The position numbers and the translations under genes were made by a program. The notes beneath the pieces were generated by a model that saw only the letters and a program-made list of their open reading frames with translations, was not told the DNA's origin and searched no databases. From the sequence record PQ850614.1: a stretch of DNA of 64,000 nucleotides. The stretch is one strand, 5' to 3'. Numbering within the stretch: position 1 is the stretch's first letter; every line of letters begins with the position of its first letter. Source of the stretch: Escherichia phage LorandFenyves_Bas91. Of the stretch, positions 49,280 through 58,433 are shown piece by piece.

Positions 49280-49710
49280 ACATCCTCCAATTAAACATTT
49301 ATATAAGACTTGCTTAGATAAAGATTCAATAAAATAGGGGGAGGGGACGAATCCTCCCATATCCTATTAATTAAGTTTGCATGTAAGATCTAACAATCGG
49401 TTGCCTTTGTAGGAATAGGTGTAAAGCCAATCCAGCACTAAACTCCCGCCCCCTTAGTGGGCTGGGTTATTAAAGGGTAACGCCCTTATGGGCTAGTTAC
49501 ATGAATGTTAGTTTGATAGGAGATCTGAAGTCCTATCTCAAAGGACTCTCGTAAGAATCCTTCACGATATTACTTATTCATTTTTCGTCGGCTATCTCTC
49601 CAAGCCAACCAAGTGTAGGTTTTCAACTCTTCTAAACTTTCTGGAGTGAATAGGTATTCTTTGAAGGTGTCACTAAACCACTCTAAAAATTCTTCAGTCA
49701 TAATAACATC

Positions 49711-49956
49711 TCATTTCTTAGGTAGAATAATATCCCACAGCCATGCCCACAAAATAAGTGATATAAAAATCACAGCAATGATGGGCCATAGAAAAACTAT
49801 AATTGCTATCTTTGATAAGTTTGGTTCGTTATCCCACCCTCTGAACTCGATACTGCCCTTTACATCAAGATATCTTACCAGAGCTGAAACTATCACAATA
49901 CCTATCAGGTAAACAATCAAGACACTAACAGGACTGATCACAAGGTTGATCTCCAC
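49711..49956 (-). CDS. small integral membrane protein
   Basis: 81 aa, two to three hydrophobic helices. Confidence 0.45.
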   Translation of the reverse strand: MEINLVISPVSVLIVYLIGIVIVSALVRYLDVKGSIEFRGWDNEPNLSKIAIIVFLWPIIAVIFISLILWAWLWDIILPKK

Positions 49957-50107
49957 ATGTTTTACAAATCACTGGTGAATAACTACAGGCAGGATATACT
50001 GACACACCATCAAACGTTTCACACCTACAATCAGGGCACTCACCATTGGATTCCATGTCATCATCATCATACACTTCTCCACCACCATAACAGCTCATAT
50101 GAACTCC

Positions 50108-50329
50108 TTAGTAAACTAAACCTATAGCCTTTGCATCAGGCTGAGGGACTACTTTTGCACTAGGGCGATAGCCATCCACTGAGCCATTCCAAAGATTGAC
50201 ACAGGTGATATACCCATCGTTCAAGTAGTCTGTTTTAATCCAGAAGTGTTTATCATGACCAAAAATACTTCCGTTTGGCAGAGTGGACAGCTCAACGGTT
50301 TTAAGCGACTGCTTAGAGTCTAGTTTCAT
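50108..50329 (-). CDS. small protein, expanded family member
   Basis: LPNGSIFGHDKHFW...ITCVNLWNGSV. Confidence 0.4.
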   Translation of the reverse strand: MKLDSKQSLKTVELSTLPNGSIFGHDKHFWIKTDYLNDGYITCVNLWNGSVDGYRPSAKVVPQPDAKAIGLVY

Positions 50330-50336
50330 AATAACC

Positions 50337-50585
50337 TCAATTATCGTAGCATGTATTCCAATACATGTAGTTAACGTACGTTCTCGGTTTGATTCCGTAC
50401 ATGATGAAGTGAGTCTTCTTAATCCTTTCCTTCAGCGTGTAATAAAGGCCATCACTGAAGTTACCAATCTTTACTTGGAAGCGTAAGGAGCGAGCATCCA
50501 TTCGAAGCATAGAGATTAGCTGTACCCTACTACCTCCAGCCATCTCTTCAAGAAGCTTCTTTGTATTCCAATAATGAGCTGTCAT
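50337..50585 (-). CDS. hypothetical protein
   Basis: 82-aa ORF. Confidence 0.35.
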   Translation of the reverse strand: MTAHYWNTKKLLEEMAGGSRVQLISMLRMDARSLRFQVKIGNFSDGLYYTLKERIKKTHFIMYGIKPRTYVNYMYWNTCYDN

Positions 50586-50586
50586 A

Positions 50587-50868
50587 TTACCACTCCTTAC
50601 CGGTTGTTGTTACAGAACCACCACACCACTGCGCATCGGATAAGGTTTTAGTCTCCTCATCTACTGCTGCACCATTCAGGCATGAGATACCACTGTAACG
50701 CATATCAATTTCACCAGAAGGAACCTTCTCGCCCTTATGCCAGCGAGAAACACAAACACCTTCCACTGCTACTGCACACCATCCATCAGGACGGCTCTGT
50801 ACGCAGCCTGTAAGGGCCACACAGACAAGGAAGATACAGATTAAGGATATTACACCACCCCAACTCAT
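50587..50868 (-). CDS. lipoprotein (Cys-rich)
   Basis: Signal peptide with lipobox LTGC. Confidence 0.45.
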   Translation of the reverse strand: MSWGGVISLICIFLVCVALTGCVQSRPDGWCAVAVEGVCVSRWHKGEKVPSGEIDMRYSGISCLNGAAVDEETKTLSDAQWCGGSVTTTGKEW

Positions 50869-51013
50869 AACTACCTCCTATTTGATTTGGTGGACTATCT
50901 GGAATCGAACCAGAAGCTCACTAAGAAAGTAATTCCCACTGTTATAAAAGCACTTGCCTCAACAGGGATACACTAACTCTGGTGCCGTACCCATACTAGC
51001 CCTTGTTTAAAAT

Positions 51014-51089
51014 TGGTCGGGACGGAAGGATTCGAACCCTCGTAAGGCGAGTTAGAAGCTCGCTGCCTGTTCCACTAGACTACGCCCCG
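51014..51089 (-). tRNA. tRNA-Arg (anticodon UCU), CCA encoded
   Basis: Hand-folded cloverleaf: acceptor CGGGGCG/CGTCCCG, D-stem GTCT/AGGC, anticodon stem GCGAG/CTCGC with loop CTTCTAA, T-arm GAGGG-TTCGAAT-CCTTC, discriminator A plus CCA. Confidence 0.85.
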
Positions 51090-51502
51090 ATAGATTTGAA
51101 ACCGTTATACTTACCTGCACATGATCTGTTACAAAAAGAATTTGCATATTTAACATTTCGCTTTTCTTTTTCAAAAGATCTTCCACAATAAGAGCAAACA
51201 ACTGAAATCATTGTTCTTCCAGTAGTTGCTTCTAATGTTGACTTCTTTCTGTGATTTTCTATGGAAAGTATCTGAAGATTAGATATGTCATCATTAGTTT
51301 TATTTCTGTCAATATGATCAACCTCCTCGTCTTCAGTTAGGTACCTGCCTATGTGACAAGACATTAAATATCTTGCGTAAGAAATGGTTGTCCTCTCCGT
51401 GTCGGTATTATACAAATCAACACGCTTCCTACCATCTCTGCTTGTTCTTAAGTAGCCCAATCGCCAGTCATTAACGAAGGGGTATTCTAACTCTATCTTC
51501 AA
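51080..51502 (-). CDS. HNH endonuclease (start uncertain)
   Basis: EVDHIDRNKTNDDISNLQILSIENHRKK HNH motif; track 3' end overlaps the tRNA by ~10 nt. Confidence 0.55.
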   Translation of the reverse strand: MKIELEYPFVNDWRLGYLRTSRDGRKRVDLYNTDTERTTISYARYLMSCHIGRYLTEDEEVDHIDRNKTNDDISNLQILSIENHRKKSTLEATTGRTMISVVCSYCGRSFEKEKRNVKYANSFCNRSCAGKYNGFKSIGA

Positions 51503-51536
51503 AACCCCTCCATTGAGCTAAGGGTGCTGAGTTTGT

Positions 51537-51788
51537 TTAACTAAAGATACGCAAGGCCACATCGTGACCGATATGACCGGGAACTTTATGCTGTTCTATT
51601 TTCAAACAGCGCTTACAGACACGAGATACACGAGACTCTTTTCTCTCGACTGGAGTGTCTTTAGCGTGAGTGATTTGAAGGTTTTCAGTGATCACCCACT
51701 CGTGTTTACATCCAGAATCTTCGGGCTTTTTCTTACGAAAGAACATAACACCCCTTAGATCAGATCTGTTTTCTTGTGCAGACCACAA
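51537..51788 (-). CDS. small Cys/His-rich protein
   Basis: GCKHEW...VCKRC pattern shared with two neighbouring small ORFs. Confidence 0.35.
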   Translation of the reverse strand: MWSAQENRSDLRGVMFFRKKKPEDSGCKHEWVITENLQITHAKDTPVERKESRVSRVCKRCLKIEQHKVPGHIGHDVALRIFS

Positions 51789-51928
51789 ACTTTACAGCGA
51801 GAGTAGATACGCAACCCTTGTCGCTCTCTGTCAGTAAGTTTATTTGTGATCGTCAGTTCATAAGTAGAAAGATCTTCCCACTCATGGAAATGAAAGAAGC
51901 GTTTGAACCATTTGATCATAATGATTCC

Positions 51929-52150
51929 TTAGATTACATCACGATGACTAACATCACCACACACCTTACACTGAATAACGTAACGTGTGCCCTTGTCATT
52001 ATTCCCATCTGAATCTGTATAGACCAGAGGGCGAGTATCAATAATCTTCCAATCATGACAATGAAAGACACGCTTTAGCCACTTGAACATATTAACCTCA
52101 AGCACAAGCAGGGAGTGTGATGATCTTATACTTACCATCAAACTCTCCAA
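51929..52150 (-). CDS. small Cys/His-rich protein
   Basis: Internal MFKWLKRVFHCHDW...CKVCG; paralogue of a 54-aa ORF at ~51755-51919. Confidence 0.35.
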   Translation of the reverse strand: MESLMVSIRSSHSLLVLEVNMFKWLKRVFHCHDWKIIDTRPLVYTDSDGNNDKGTRYVIQCKVCGDVSHRDVI

Positions 52151-52349
52151 ATAAACCTAAGAATGTAGGACTGTAAGTACCAGTACAAACAAACTCATCA
52201 AACAATGCGTTATAGCTAGGCTTAATCTTCCAAGCCCATACATAACCCATCTTGTCAATTGCAATGTAACGAGTGTTCAGAGGAACAGTCATTATTACAC
52301 CATCAACTTCGATCACTTTAGTTATTGGTGCAGCTTGAAAGTTTTTCAT
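52098..52349 (-). CDS. hypothetical protein
   Basis: 83-aa ORF. Confidence 0.35.
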   Translation of the reverse strand: MKNFQAAPITKVIEVDGVIMTVPLNTRYIAIDKMGYVWAWKIKPSYNALFDEFVCTGTYSPTFLGLFGEFDGKYKIITLPACA

Positions 52350-52564
52350 ACTTTACCTTTAATGAAAATGTCATTACCACATACACAGCATGAACGAACA
52401 ACAGTAGCGCCGCGCTGAACGATACGAACCTCTTCTTTAACCAGATTGACACGAGCACTACAACAAGGAGAGTTAACATAAGAGTAACCAGCTTGTGTAT
52501 TCTTGATTGTTTGCTTAGACATTTGAGCTTCCTCTTGTTAGTTTAAGTAAGAGCTGACCCTTAA

Positions 52565-52596
52565 TTAAAACAACAAAGGCCGCCCGAAGGCAGCCT
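52565..52596 (-). terminator. intrinsic terminator (UUCG-loop hairpin)
   Basis: Minus-strand RNA AGGCUGCC-UUCG-GGCGGCCU followed by UUUGUUGUUUU; same core as at 23328. Confidence 0.55.
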
Positions 52597-52600
52597 CTCT

Positions 52601-52852
52601 TTATTGACTAACACCACGAATCAGATGATTCTGTAGCATTTCATCTTCTGCATTATACAGGAATGCAAACATCAACTCCTTAGCCACATCTCTTGAGCAA
52701 TTAAGACACTTAGAGATTTGCGTTAGTTGCATGTTGCGTTCTGTGTGTTCCATCAAGGCAATGCGAATGATCTCTCGCATACCTATCACATGGGTTGTCT
52801 TAACCGGCATAGGTCCAATTGCCTTGTTTGTTACGGATGGCTGACATTGCAT
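52601..52852 (-). CDS. hypothetical protein
   Basis: 83-aa ORF; a 46-aa ORF overlaps its 5' end in another frame. Confidence 0.4.
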   Translation of the reverse strand: MQCQPSVTNKAIGPMPVKTTHVIGMREIIRIALMEHTERNMQLTQISKCLNCSRDVAKELMFAFLYNAEDEMLQNHLIRGVSQ

Positions 52853-53182
52853 GAATCCAGAAGCCTTCCAGTTTCAGAGCACCATTAGCTACTGCATCCA
52901 TACGTTCAGGGCGGTTCATACGTTTGGTTGATACTTTCATACCTATCTCTCTTTGTTAGTGGAGGCATTATTGCCAGTTGATATAAGGGATAGCCCTAGT
53001 CAGTAGACTAATCCTGACCGCGTACTCATTGCCGACCTTCTCTGCCTAAGAGTTCAGGTTCTAGAGCTATCTCTTATTCCAACTGGTGAAGACTCCCTAC
53101 CCCTAGGAAGTCTCCTGAATCCCAAACCAATACGTACCCCTACATATCGGAAAGTCTTTCGAAAATTAACAGGTTTTAGTCT

Positions 53183-53229
53183 AACACCGGATGTTCGAGC
53201 AAGCTCTCCCTAGCGGTGTGGCATATGCC
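53183..53229. repeat. conserved intergenic element, copy B
   Basis: ACACCGGATGTTCGAG-CAAG-CTCTCCCTAGC-GGTGTG plus GGCATATGCC hairpin; counterpart of 47163-47213. Confidence 0.6.
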
Positions 53230-53298
53230 TGAATTAATAAGTTAATGAGGAACACCCTCACATAGCCCTCTGATAAACACAAGGGCTATAAGTCGGTG

Positions 53299-53517
53299 TT
53301 ACTTTTGGGATAAACACAGATCAGGGCGTGGCATAACAGTGGTTGATAGACCGAAAACTTCAACAGAACCACTATTCAGATTAGCGGCCTTGCACAAACC
53401 ATCAGGAGTTTTATCTTCTAACATTAGCCAGAAACGTCTATCGTAGGAGAAAACATCACCACTTTTAACATCTTCTGCATTTGCATATTTAGGATAATCA
53501 ACTACTTTAATTTCCAT
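53299..53517 (-). CDS. small protein, expanded family member
   Basis: VKSGDVFSYDRRFW...LCKAANLNSGSV. Confidence 0.4.
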   Translation of the reverse strand: MEIKVVDYPKYANAEDVKSGDVFSYDRRFWLMLEDKTPDGLCKAANLNSGSVEVFGLSTTVMPRPDLCLSQK

Positions 53518-53527
53518 CTACTTACCC

Positions 53528-53746
53528 TTATTGGTTGATGGTTAGGTGAACTAGCTTATTCACATGAGCGAAGTTAGGTAGGATTTGCATTTCATTATTG
53601 AAGATATTAAAACAACGAACCCCGCCCTCTACAGCATAAGCAGATTTCTGAAACAGACTACCTCCCCACACAAATACATCATGTGTTTCAAGAGATCGTA
53701 ACTGAACAGCCTCGTCAACAACCTTCTTTTCAATGTTCATAATCAC
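53528..53746 (-). CDS. small protein, expanded family member
   Basis: LETHDVFVWGGSLF...VRCFNIFNNEM. Confidence 0.4.
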   Translation of the reverse strand: MIMNIEKKVVDEAVQLRSLETHDVFVWGGSLFQKSAYAVEGGVRCFNIFNNEMQILPNFAHVNKLVHLTINQ

Positions 53747-53997
53747 TTCCGATTAGTAATAACAACGTCATGAAGAAGAACAACCTTGCTTTTCGAGCTG
53801 AGCTTAAGGACTTGCTTGTTTGTTAGACTAAGGACGACACAACCACCATCAGAAGGCTTAGTCTCCTCGACCTGCGATCTAAACAGGTGAACAACCATGT
53901 AGAAATCTGCTCGTGTTTCCCTGATTTGGAATACATCTCCAAGTTTGAGATCACCAACACACAAAGACGGTTCATTTACTTCAAGATTAATCTTCAT
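53743..53997 (-). CDS. small protein, expanded family member
   Basis: LKLGDVFQIRETRADFY...GGCVVLSLTNKQV. Confidence 0.4.
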   Translation of the reverse strand: MKINLEVNEPSLCVGDLKLGDVFQIRETRADFYMVVHLFRSQVEETKPSDGGCVVLSLTNKQVLKLSSKSKVVLLHDVVITNRK

Positions 53998-54250
53998 CTT
54001 TAACCTCTACCTCTACGTTGGTTATGTGGAGATCGTTACGAACTTGGCAGACCTCATTTCGGTTAATAGGGACAAGCTTTCCATAGACCACATCAACGCA
54101 TTTAACATGATAATCAGATGTTGAGTCTGTTCTGATATAGAGTTTTTCTCGGAAAGAAAACAAAACTCCCGGCCTCATGTTATTTAAACGAAGGTGATGG
54201 CCTGTTTCTTGGATATTAACTTTCACTGTTGATCTCCTGCTGTTTAGCAA
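53987..54250 (-). CDS. small protein, expanded family member
   Basis: MRPGVLFSFREKLY...VKCVDVVYGKL. Confidence 0.4.
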   Translation of the reverse strand: MLNSRRSTVKVNIQETGHHLRLNNMRPGVLFSFREKLYIRTDSTSDYHVKCVDVVYGKLVPINRNEVCQVRNDLHITNVEVEVKDED

Positions 54251-54512
54251 TAGCTACTCGCAAGTCTTCATTAGCACGAGCAAGGCGTTTAACTTCATGA
54301 TCAAGGCTGATAAGGCGCTTGTTTCTGTCTTCAACTTGCATAATAAGATCGTTGAGTGTTACTTTAACTTTCTCATTATACATCTCATCTACTCGGACAA
54401 GAGATTTATACATTCTCTCCCAGCTTGCTGCTTTGTTTCTTAGGATAATAAATCCTAGAACGCTGATAGTTAAACAGATTACAAAAAGGAATTTATATAC
54501 TTCTAAAGTCAT
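54216..54512 (-). CDS. bitopic membrane protein (N-terminal TMD plus coiled coil)
   Basis: FLFVICLTISVLGFIIL followed by a charged helical segment. Confidence 0.4.
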   Translation of the reverse strand: MTLEVYKFLFVICLTISVLGFIILRNKAASWERMYKSLVRVDEMYNEKVKVTLNDLIMQVEDRNKRLISLDHEVKRLARANEDLRVAIAKQQEINSES

Positions 54513-54711
54513 ATTATTTACCCTTTATCAGAGATTAAAAGTAATATTATTTAAGTAAGTTATATTTAGTAAATTTATTTTCTAAGAAATTTTCAAAGGG
54601 TCTATATACAGAGCATTACCCATAGTCCCAGAATACTGCCATCTTTTTCAATAAATTTACTAAGTGGTTGGTTTATAAAGGAATTTAGTTTGTTAAATCT
54701 GGCACTAGAGA

Positions 54712-55101
54712 TTATTCCCTAGAGCTATTATCGAACACTAAATCACCACAATACATAGGATTGGCATACCATTTTGGCACCCCTTCGCTCTTACTCTGAA
54801 AGTAAGTCCCACTATAAAGCGGAACATAATTCTTCGTAAGGGCACGTTTAGCTAGCCGCTCGCTTTCTCCAATGGCTTGCTTAGTCATCGGATTTTTATC
54901 ACGAATCAGCTTTACATAACGTTTATAAGGTTTCTCCTGTTTTAATAGTACCGAAATCCACTCAAACTGGTTCTTTTGTCTTATCACCTGTTCAGCGGTC
55001 AGTTTTCGTTGGGCCATTCTATTTATCACGGTATCCGCAACTAAAGCCTTACATGCGGTTGGCTGATTCCCTGCCTCATAATAAATAGTCAATGTCAACA
55101 T
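54712..55101 (-). CDS. cell-wall hydrolase (SleB/CwlJ-type domain)
   Basis: LTIYYEAGNQPTACKALVADTVINRMA...NQFEW parallels the IYxEA...VAxVVxNR...QFxxW pattern. Confidence 0.6.
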   Translation of the reverse strand: MLTLTIYYEAGNQPTACKALVADTVINRMAQRKLTAEQVIRQKNQFEWISVLLKQEKPYKRYVKLIRDKNPMTKQAIGESERLAKRALTKNYVPLYSGTYFQSKSEGVPKWYANPMYCGDLVFDNSSRE

Positions 55102-55144
55102 TAGCTGTGCCGTTGTTATCAGAACTTGATACCTCCTGTTTTAC

Positions 55145-55176
55145 GGGCATAAAAAAGCCCCAGCCGTAGCCGGGGC
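55145..55176 (-). terminator. intrinsic terminator
   Basis: Minus-strand RNA GCCCCGGC-UACG-GCUGGGGC followed by UUUUUU. Confidence 0.6.
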
Positions 55177-55290
55177 AAACCTGAAAGCAACACATGACCG
55201 TTGCTATAAATACACTCGCAAATGCACTTATAGCAACGCAAAAAGCCGCTCAAAGGCGGCTATGCGGAAGCTTCAAATGGGGAGAGGGCA

Positions 55291-55324
55291 CGACGCTACA
55301 GAAAGAGCGTCATAGTACTAAAAG
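55291..55324. repeat. conserved element with TAGTACTA palindrome, copy 2
   Basis: GACGCTACAGAAAGAGCGTCATAGTACTAAAAGAGG; hairpin GACGCT-ACAGAAAG-AGCGTC overlaps the conserved core. Confidence 0.55.
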
Positions 55325-55341
55325 AGGGGGCTATATTCCTA

Positions 55342-55785
55342 CTACTTAACCCTTGCCTCTTTGATGGGGTCAATGTATTTTTCAACGCCCCACTTGTGTT
55401 TACTATCTGCGTAGAAAACATCAGGTGCACACTGGCTTGTCTTAGGGAAAGCCTGCGGGTCTTTCGTGCTACCCTTAAACTTCTGTTTACCACGGGTGCG
55501 ACCATTACAGAAGATTTCTAACTTCTTCTCTTCTTCTGTTTTAGCGCCCCCGCTCTGTAACAAAGAACGTTTATGATCAGCTAATAACAACGCATCAGCA
55601 CGATGGACACGATGGCCTACACGTTTTGCCACACTGGAAGGAACATGGGATTCAGCCTCAGCCTTTGCAGCACGACGTTTTAAACTACGCTTACTAACGT
55701 GATTAGCTGCCTTCGGTTTCTCTTTCTCTAGTTCAGAGATAGCAAAACAACGCCCGCCCTTCATGCTGATTTTAGATTTAGCCAC
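55342..55785 (-). CDS. basic (K/R/A-rich) protein
   Basis: 147-aa ORF; the overlapping ORF 55296-55505 is considered spurious. Confidence 0.45.
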   Translation of the reverse strand: MAKSKISMKGGRCFAISELEKEKPKAANHVSKRSLKRRAAKAEAESHVPSSVAKRVGHRVHRADALLLADHKRSLLQSGGAKTEEEKKLEIFCNGRTRGKQKFKGSTKDPQAFPKTSQCAPDVFYADSKHKWGVEKYIDPIKEARVK

Positions 55786-55854
55786 AATCTTATTCCTTTT
55801 AGTGATAAATTATATCGGGCAAGCCCATCAAGGTGACAGGCTTGAACAAATAAC

Positions 55855-56064
55855 TTAATCGAGTAAACTAAATGACTTCCAACTGCGTAGCAGGATTGTA
55901 CCATCATCCATAGCCACGCATAACTTTAACAGCTTCTTGTTAGCACTACTCACCGTTGTAATTCGTCCGGTTGTACATTTACCTTTATTGCTATAAAGAT
56001 ACACTACACGACGACCTAACAGACGAGAGGGAGCTTTCTTAAACTCTGAAATATTAGTGATCAT
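55855..56064 (-). CDS. small protein (possibly related to the expanded family)
   Basis: 69-aa ORF. Confidence 0.35.
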   Translation of the reverse strand: MITNISEFKKAPSRLLGRRVVYLYSNKGKCTTGRITTVSSANKKLLKLCVAMDDGTILLRSWKSFSLLD

Positions 56065-56285
56065 AATGCTTGATACCTTTGAATATGTTCAATACGGGTG
56101 GATTGAGCAAATGACGCTTTAACAGCCATTTTCCTAACTTCTTCTTTACGCTGGTTAGTGTGTACAGTATCCCAATGATTGTTATCACGTTGGCGCTGTA
56201 ATATCTTACTACATTTGCGATGGTTTCCCGTGCTGCGATGTTTCTCGCAAATAGGACACTTGCCAAAATTATTACTGAATATCAT
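56061..56285 (-). CDS. small basic Cys/His-containing protein
   Basis: CPICEKH...HRKC pattern; preferred over the overlapping frame 56054-56266. Confidence 0.35.
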   Translation of the reverse strand: MIFSNNFGKCPICEKHRSTGNHRKCSKILQRQRDNNHWDTVHTNQRKEEVRKMAVKASFAQSTRIEHIQRYQAL

Positions 56286-56509
56286 TTTCTCAATCCCAAC
56301 TTTCTTAAGATACGGCCTAACGTTGTTTCTTGCGTGATAATATAGCTGATCGCTTCACGTTCCAATGTTTCAATCTTCATTGGTGACGGATACCATTCAC
56401 CGGTAATAACACATTTACATTCAACGCCATACTTTTTAGATAGGCGGTAATGTTGACCGTTGACAAGATTCCGATAAATCGTGGTATGCGTAATTAACAT
56501 GATCATCAC
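56282..56509 (-). CDS. hypothetical protein
   Basis: 75-aa ORF. Confidence 0.4.
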   Translation of the reverse strand: MMIMLITHTTIYRNLVNGQHYRLSKKYGVECKCVITGEWYPSPMKIETLEREAISYIITQETTLGRILRKLGLRK

Positions 56510-56611
56510 CTTTGATTAGATTCTTTGATTAATGCACTGAATCAATGCACTGATAAAAGAAAAGGCGCTACCCGTTAAGATAGCGCCTTATGTTTATTCA
56601 AATTGTCTTAC

Positions 56612-57511
56612 TTATGCCGCCTGACGTGCCGCCATAATTTCAGCCGCTTTACGCAATACTTCTTCCTCTTCTGCTTTCGCCGCTTGTTCGGTACGGGTAG
56701 CAACCGTTGAAGAGATACGACCGCGCAGACTTTCTAACTTCTCCTGCATAGCTGCAACAGTCTTTTCCATTTCATCAGCATATGAATCGAGTGATTCTAA
56801 TTCCTTGCTTGATGCGTTCATCAGGTAGTTATCAGAGATCGCTACCGTTGAGGCCGTGACTTTCTTGATGAGTGAATCAAAGGACTTTTTAACCTTGCCT
56901 ACTTCTTCACTTAAGGCAATGGTGTTATCACTAGTTGCGCCGTTGCGCTCATCAGCCAGTAATTTGGCTTCAATACGGATTGCATTCAAGCGTTCAACCA
57001 AAGCGTAAATATCTTGGTTAAAATCTTCCTTGTTTTTCGCCGGAATTTGCAGGTGTGCCGCCACGTTGTCATTACAACCCTTGTAAAAGTTAGGATTATC
57101 GACTTCAATTTCACGGCCTAAAGCAAAGTTTTCGAAAGCGTTTGACCAGCGAGCGCGGTTTTGTTCCATTTTGGTTTTAATTTGCGCTTCTTTCGCGTCT
57201 TCTTTAGCTTTCGCCTCACCTTCCAGATTAATCCACTTTTTACGACCATTTGCCGCATCGGTGTTAAACTTGATAGGAGTTAAGAAAGTAATTGCGGTAG
57301 CGATAACATCCATATCACGGAAACGTTCGGTTAACAGGAAGTCAACCGCCGCCTGCAATACATCTAACTTCTTACCATTACTGCGGAAGTGCTGTAAGTG
57401 CCCTAACAGGAAGTTAGAAACATCTTGTTTGATCGCCGCGTTATTGCTACGAATGTTGTTAGCCAGTGCATTAAAACCGGATTCGTTAACCAGAGTAAAG
57501 ATTTTAGCCAT
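56612..57511 (-). CDS. early protein with coiled-coil C-terminal half
   Basis: ATG at 57511 after AAAGGTGA; first gene downstream of the ORF-free promoter region. Confidence 0.5.
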   Translation of the reverse strand: MAKIFTLVNESGFNALANNIRSNNAAIKQDVSNFLLGHLQHFRSNGKKLDVLQAAVDFLLTERFRDMDVIATAITFLTPIKFNTDAANGRKKWINLEGEAKAKEDAKEAQIKTKMEQNRARWSNAFENFALGREIEVDNPNFYKGCNDNVAAHLQIPAKNKEDFNQDIYALVERLNAIRIEAKLLADERNGATSDNTIALSEEVGKVKKSFDSLIKKVTASTVAISDNYLMNASSKELESLDSYADEMEKTVAAMQEKLESLRGRISSTVATRTEQAAKAEEEEVLRKAAEIMAARQAA

Positions 57512-58433
57512 AATATTCACCTTTCAATTGTAAGGGCGCTATTGCCCCGCTCTCTATGAGCTTGTTTAAGTCACTATTAACTTATCTCTAACCACTCACT
57601 TTTTAAGTAGTTACAGGTAAGCGAGGCGGTCTTATCAGGAGTTAACCTTGCCGCCTCCTTATCCGTGATGTTTCATCTGGTATCTTTAATTAGTCGCTAT
57701 AAACGAAGCCGACCTGATAGCGATGATCAATCATCACAATAAGGCAGTGCGTCCGACTCTAATTAGTTACGTTATTGTAACCGTCGGCAATATCGTTTAC
57801 TTTGCTTTCGCTCTCGCCTATCCTTTTGTATCAACTCTCAATCGCTAGTCATCGCCCACTACGGGATACTATTGCGAAAGAGTCATTGACCGTCTAATGT
57901 TCCGACGTTTTATATCTTTCGGCAAGTTTACTACATAAACCGACTATGTACTTTCATCATAAGATGAATCTCAAGCCGTTCACATCGTAAACGTTCACAC
58001 TAAACCTTATTGTTAAATAGCAATTTGCCACTTTTTAACCACTCCCCGCCGCTCTCAATTGAGCGTTAATTCGTCGGGATTGCCTACCCTGATTAACTTC
58101 TTTCACCGTAGCACCGTTTTAGCGATGACCGCCGCTACCCTTAACCGTGGGCGATTAGCTTAAGTCTTTGCGTGTACTCGATGAATCCGTTTTATCAGTG
58201 GTGACGTTTCCAGTAAGGGAATGTAAGATTGTTTTCTCTGATAGTTTAGAGAATCTTACACCGTTTTATCTGGTATGTTATCTGATGGTTATTATCATCT
58301 AACATATTCAACCGATATAGGAGAATGTTTAAATTATTAAAGAGCGGTAAATCTGTCAGTGTGCTTTCTCACACTACGCAACTGTTAGCCGTTGTTACGC
58401 TTTCCTTAAGCGGTGATTTGCTTAAGTGTGCTC

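Noticed and set aside
50888-50965. Possible second tRNA adjacent to tRNA-Arg
   Set aside because: A perfect T-arm is present, but no acceptor stem or anticodon arm pairs by hand and CCA is not encoded; kept only as a T-arm-like remnant.
55296-55505. 69-aa ORF spanning the conserved repeat element and hairpin
   Set aside because: Runs across a conserved non-coding element and overlaps 55342-55785; likely spurious.
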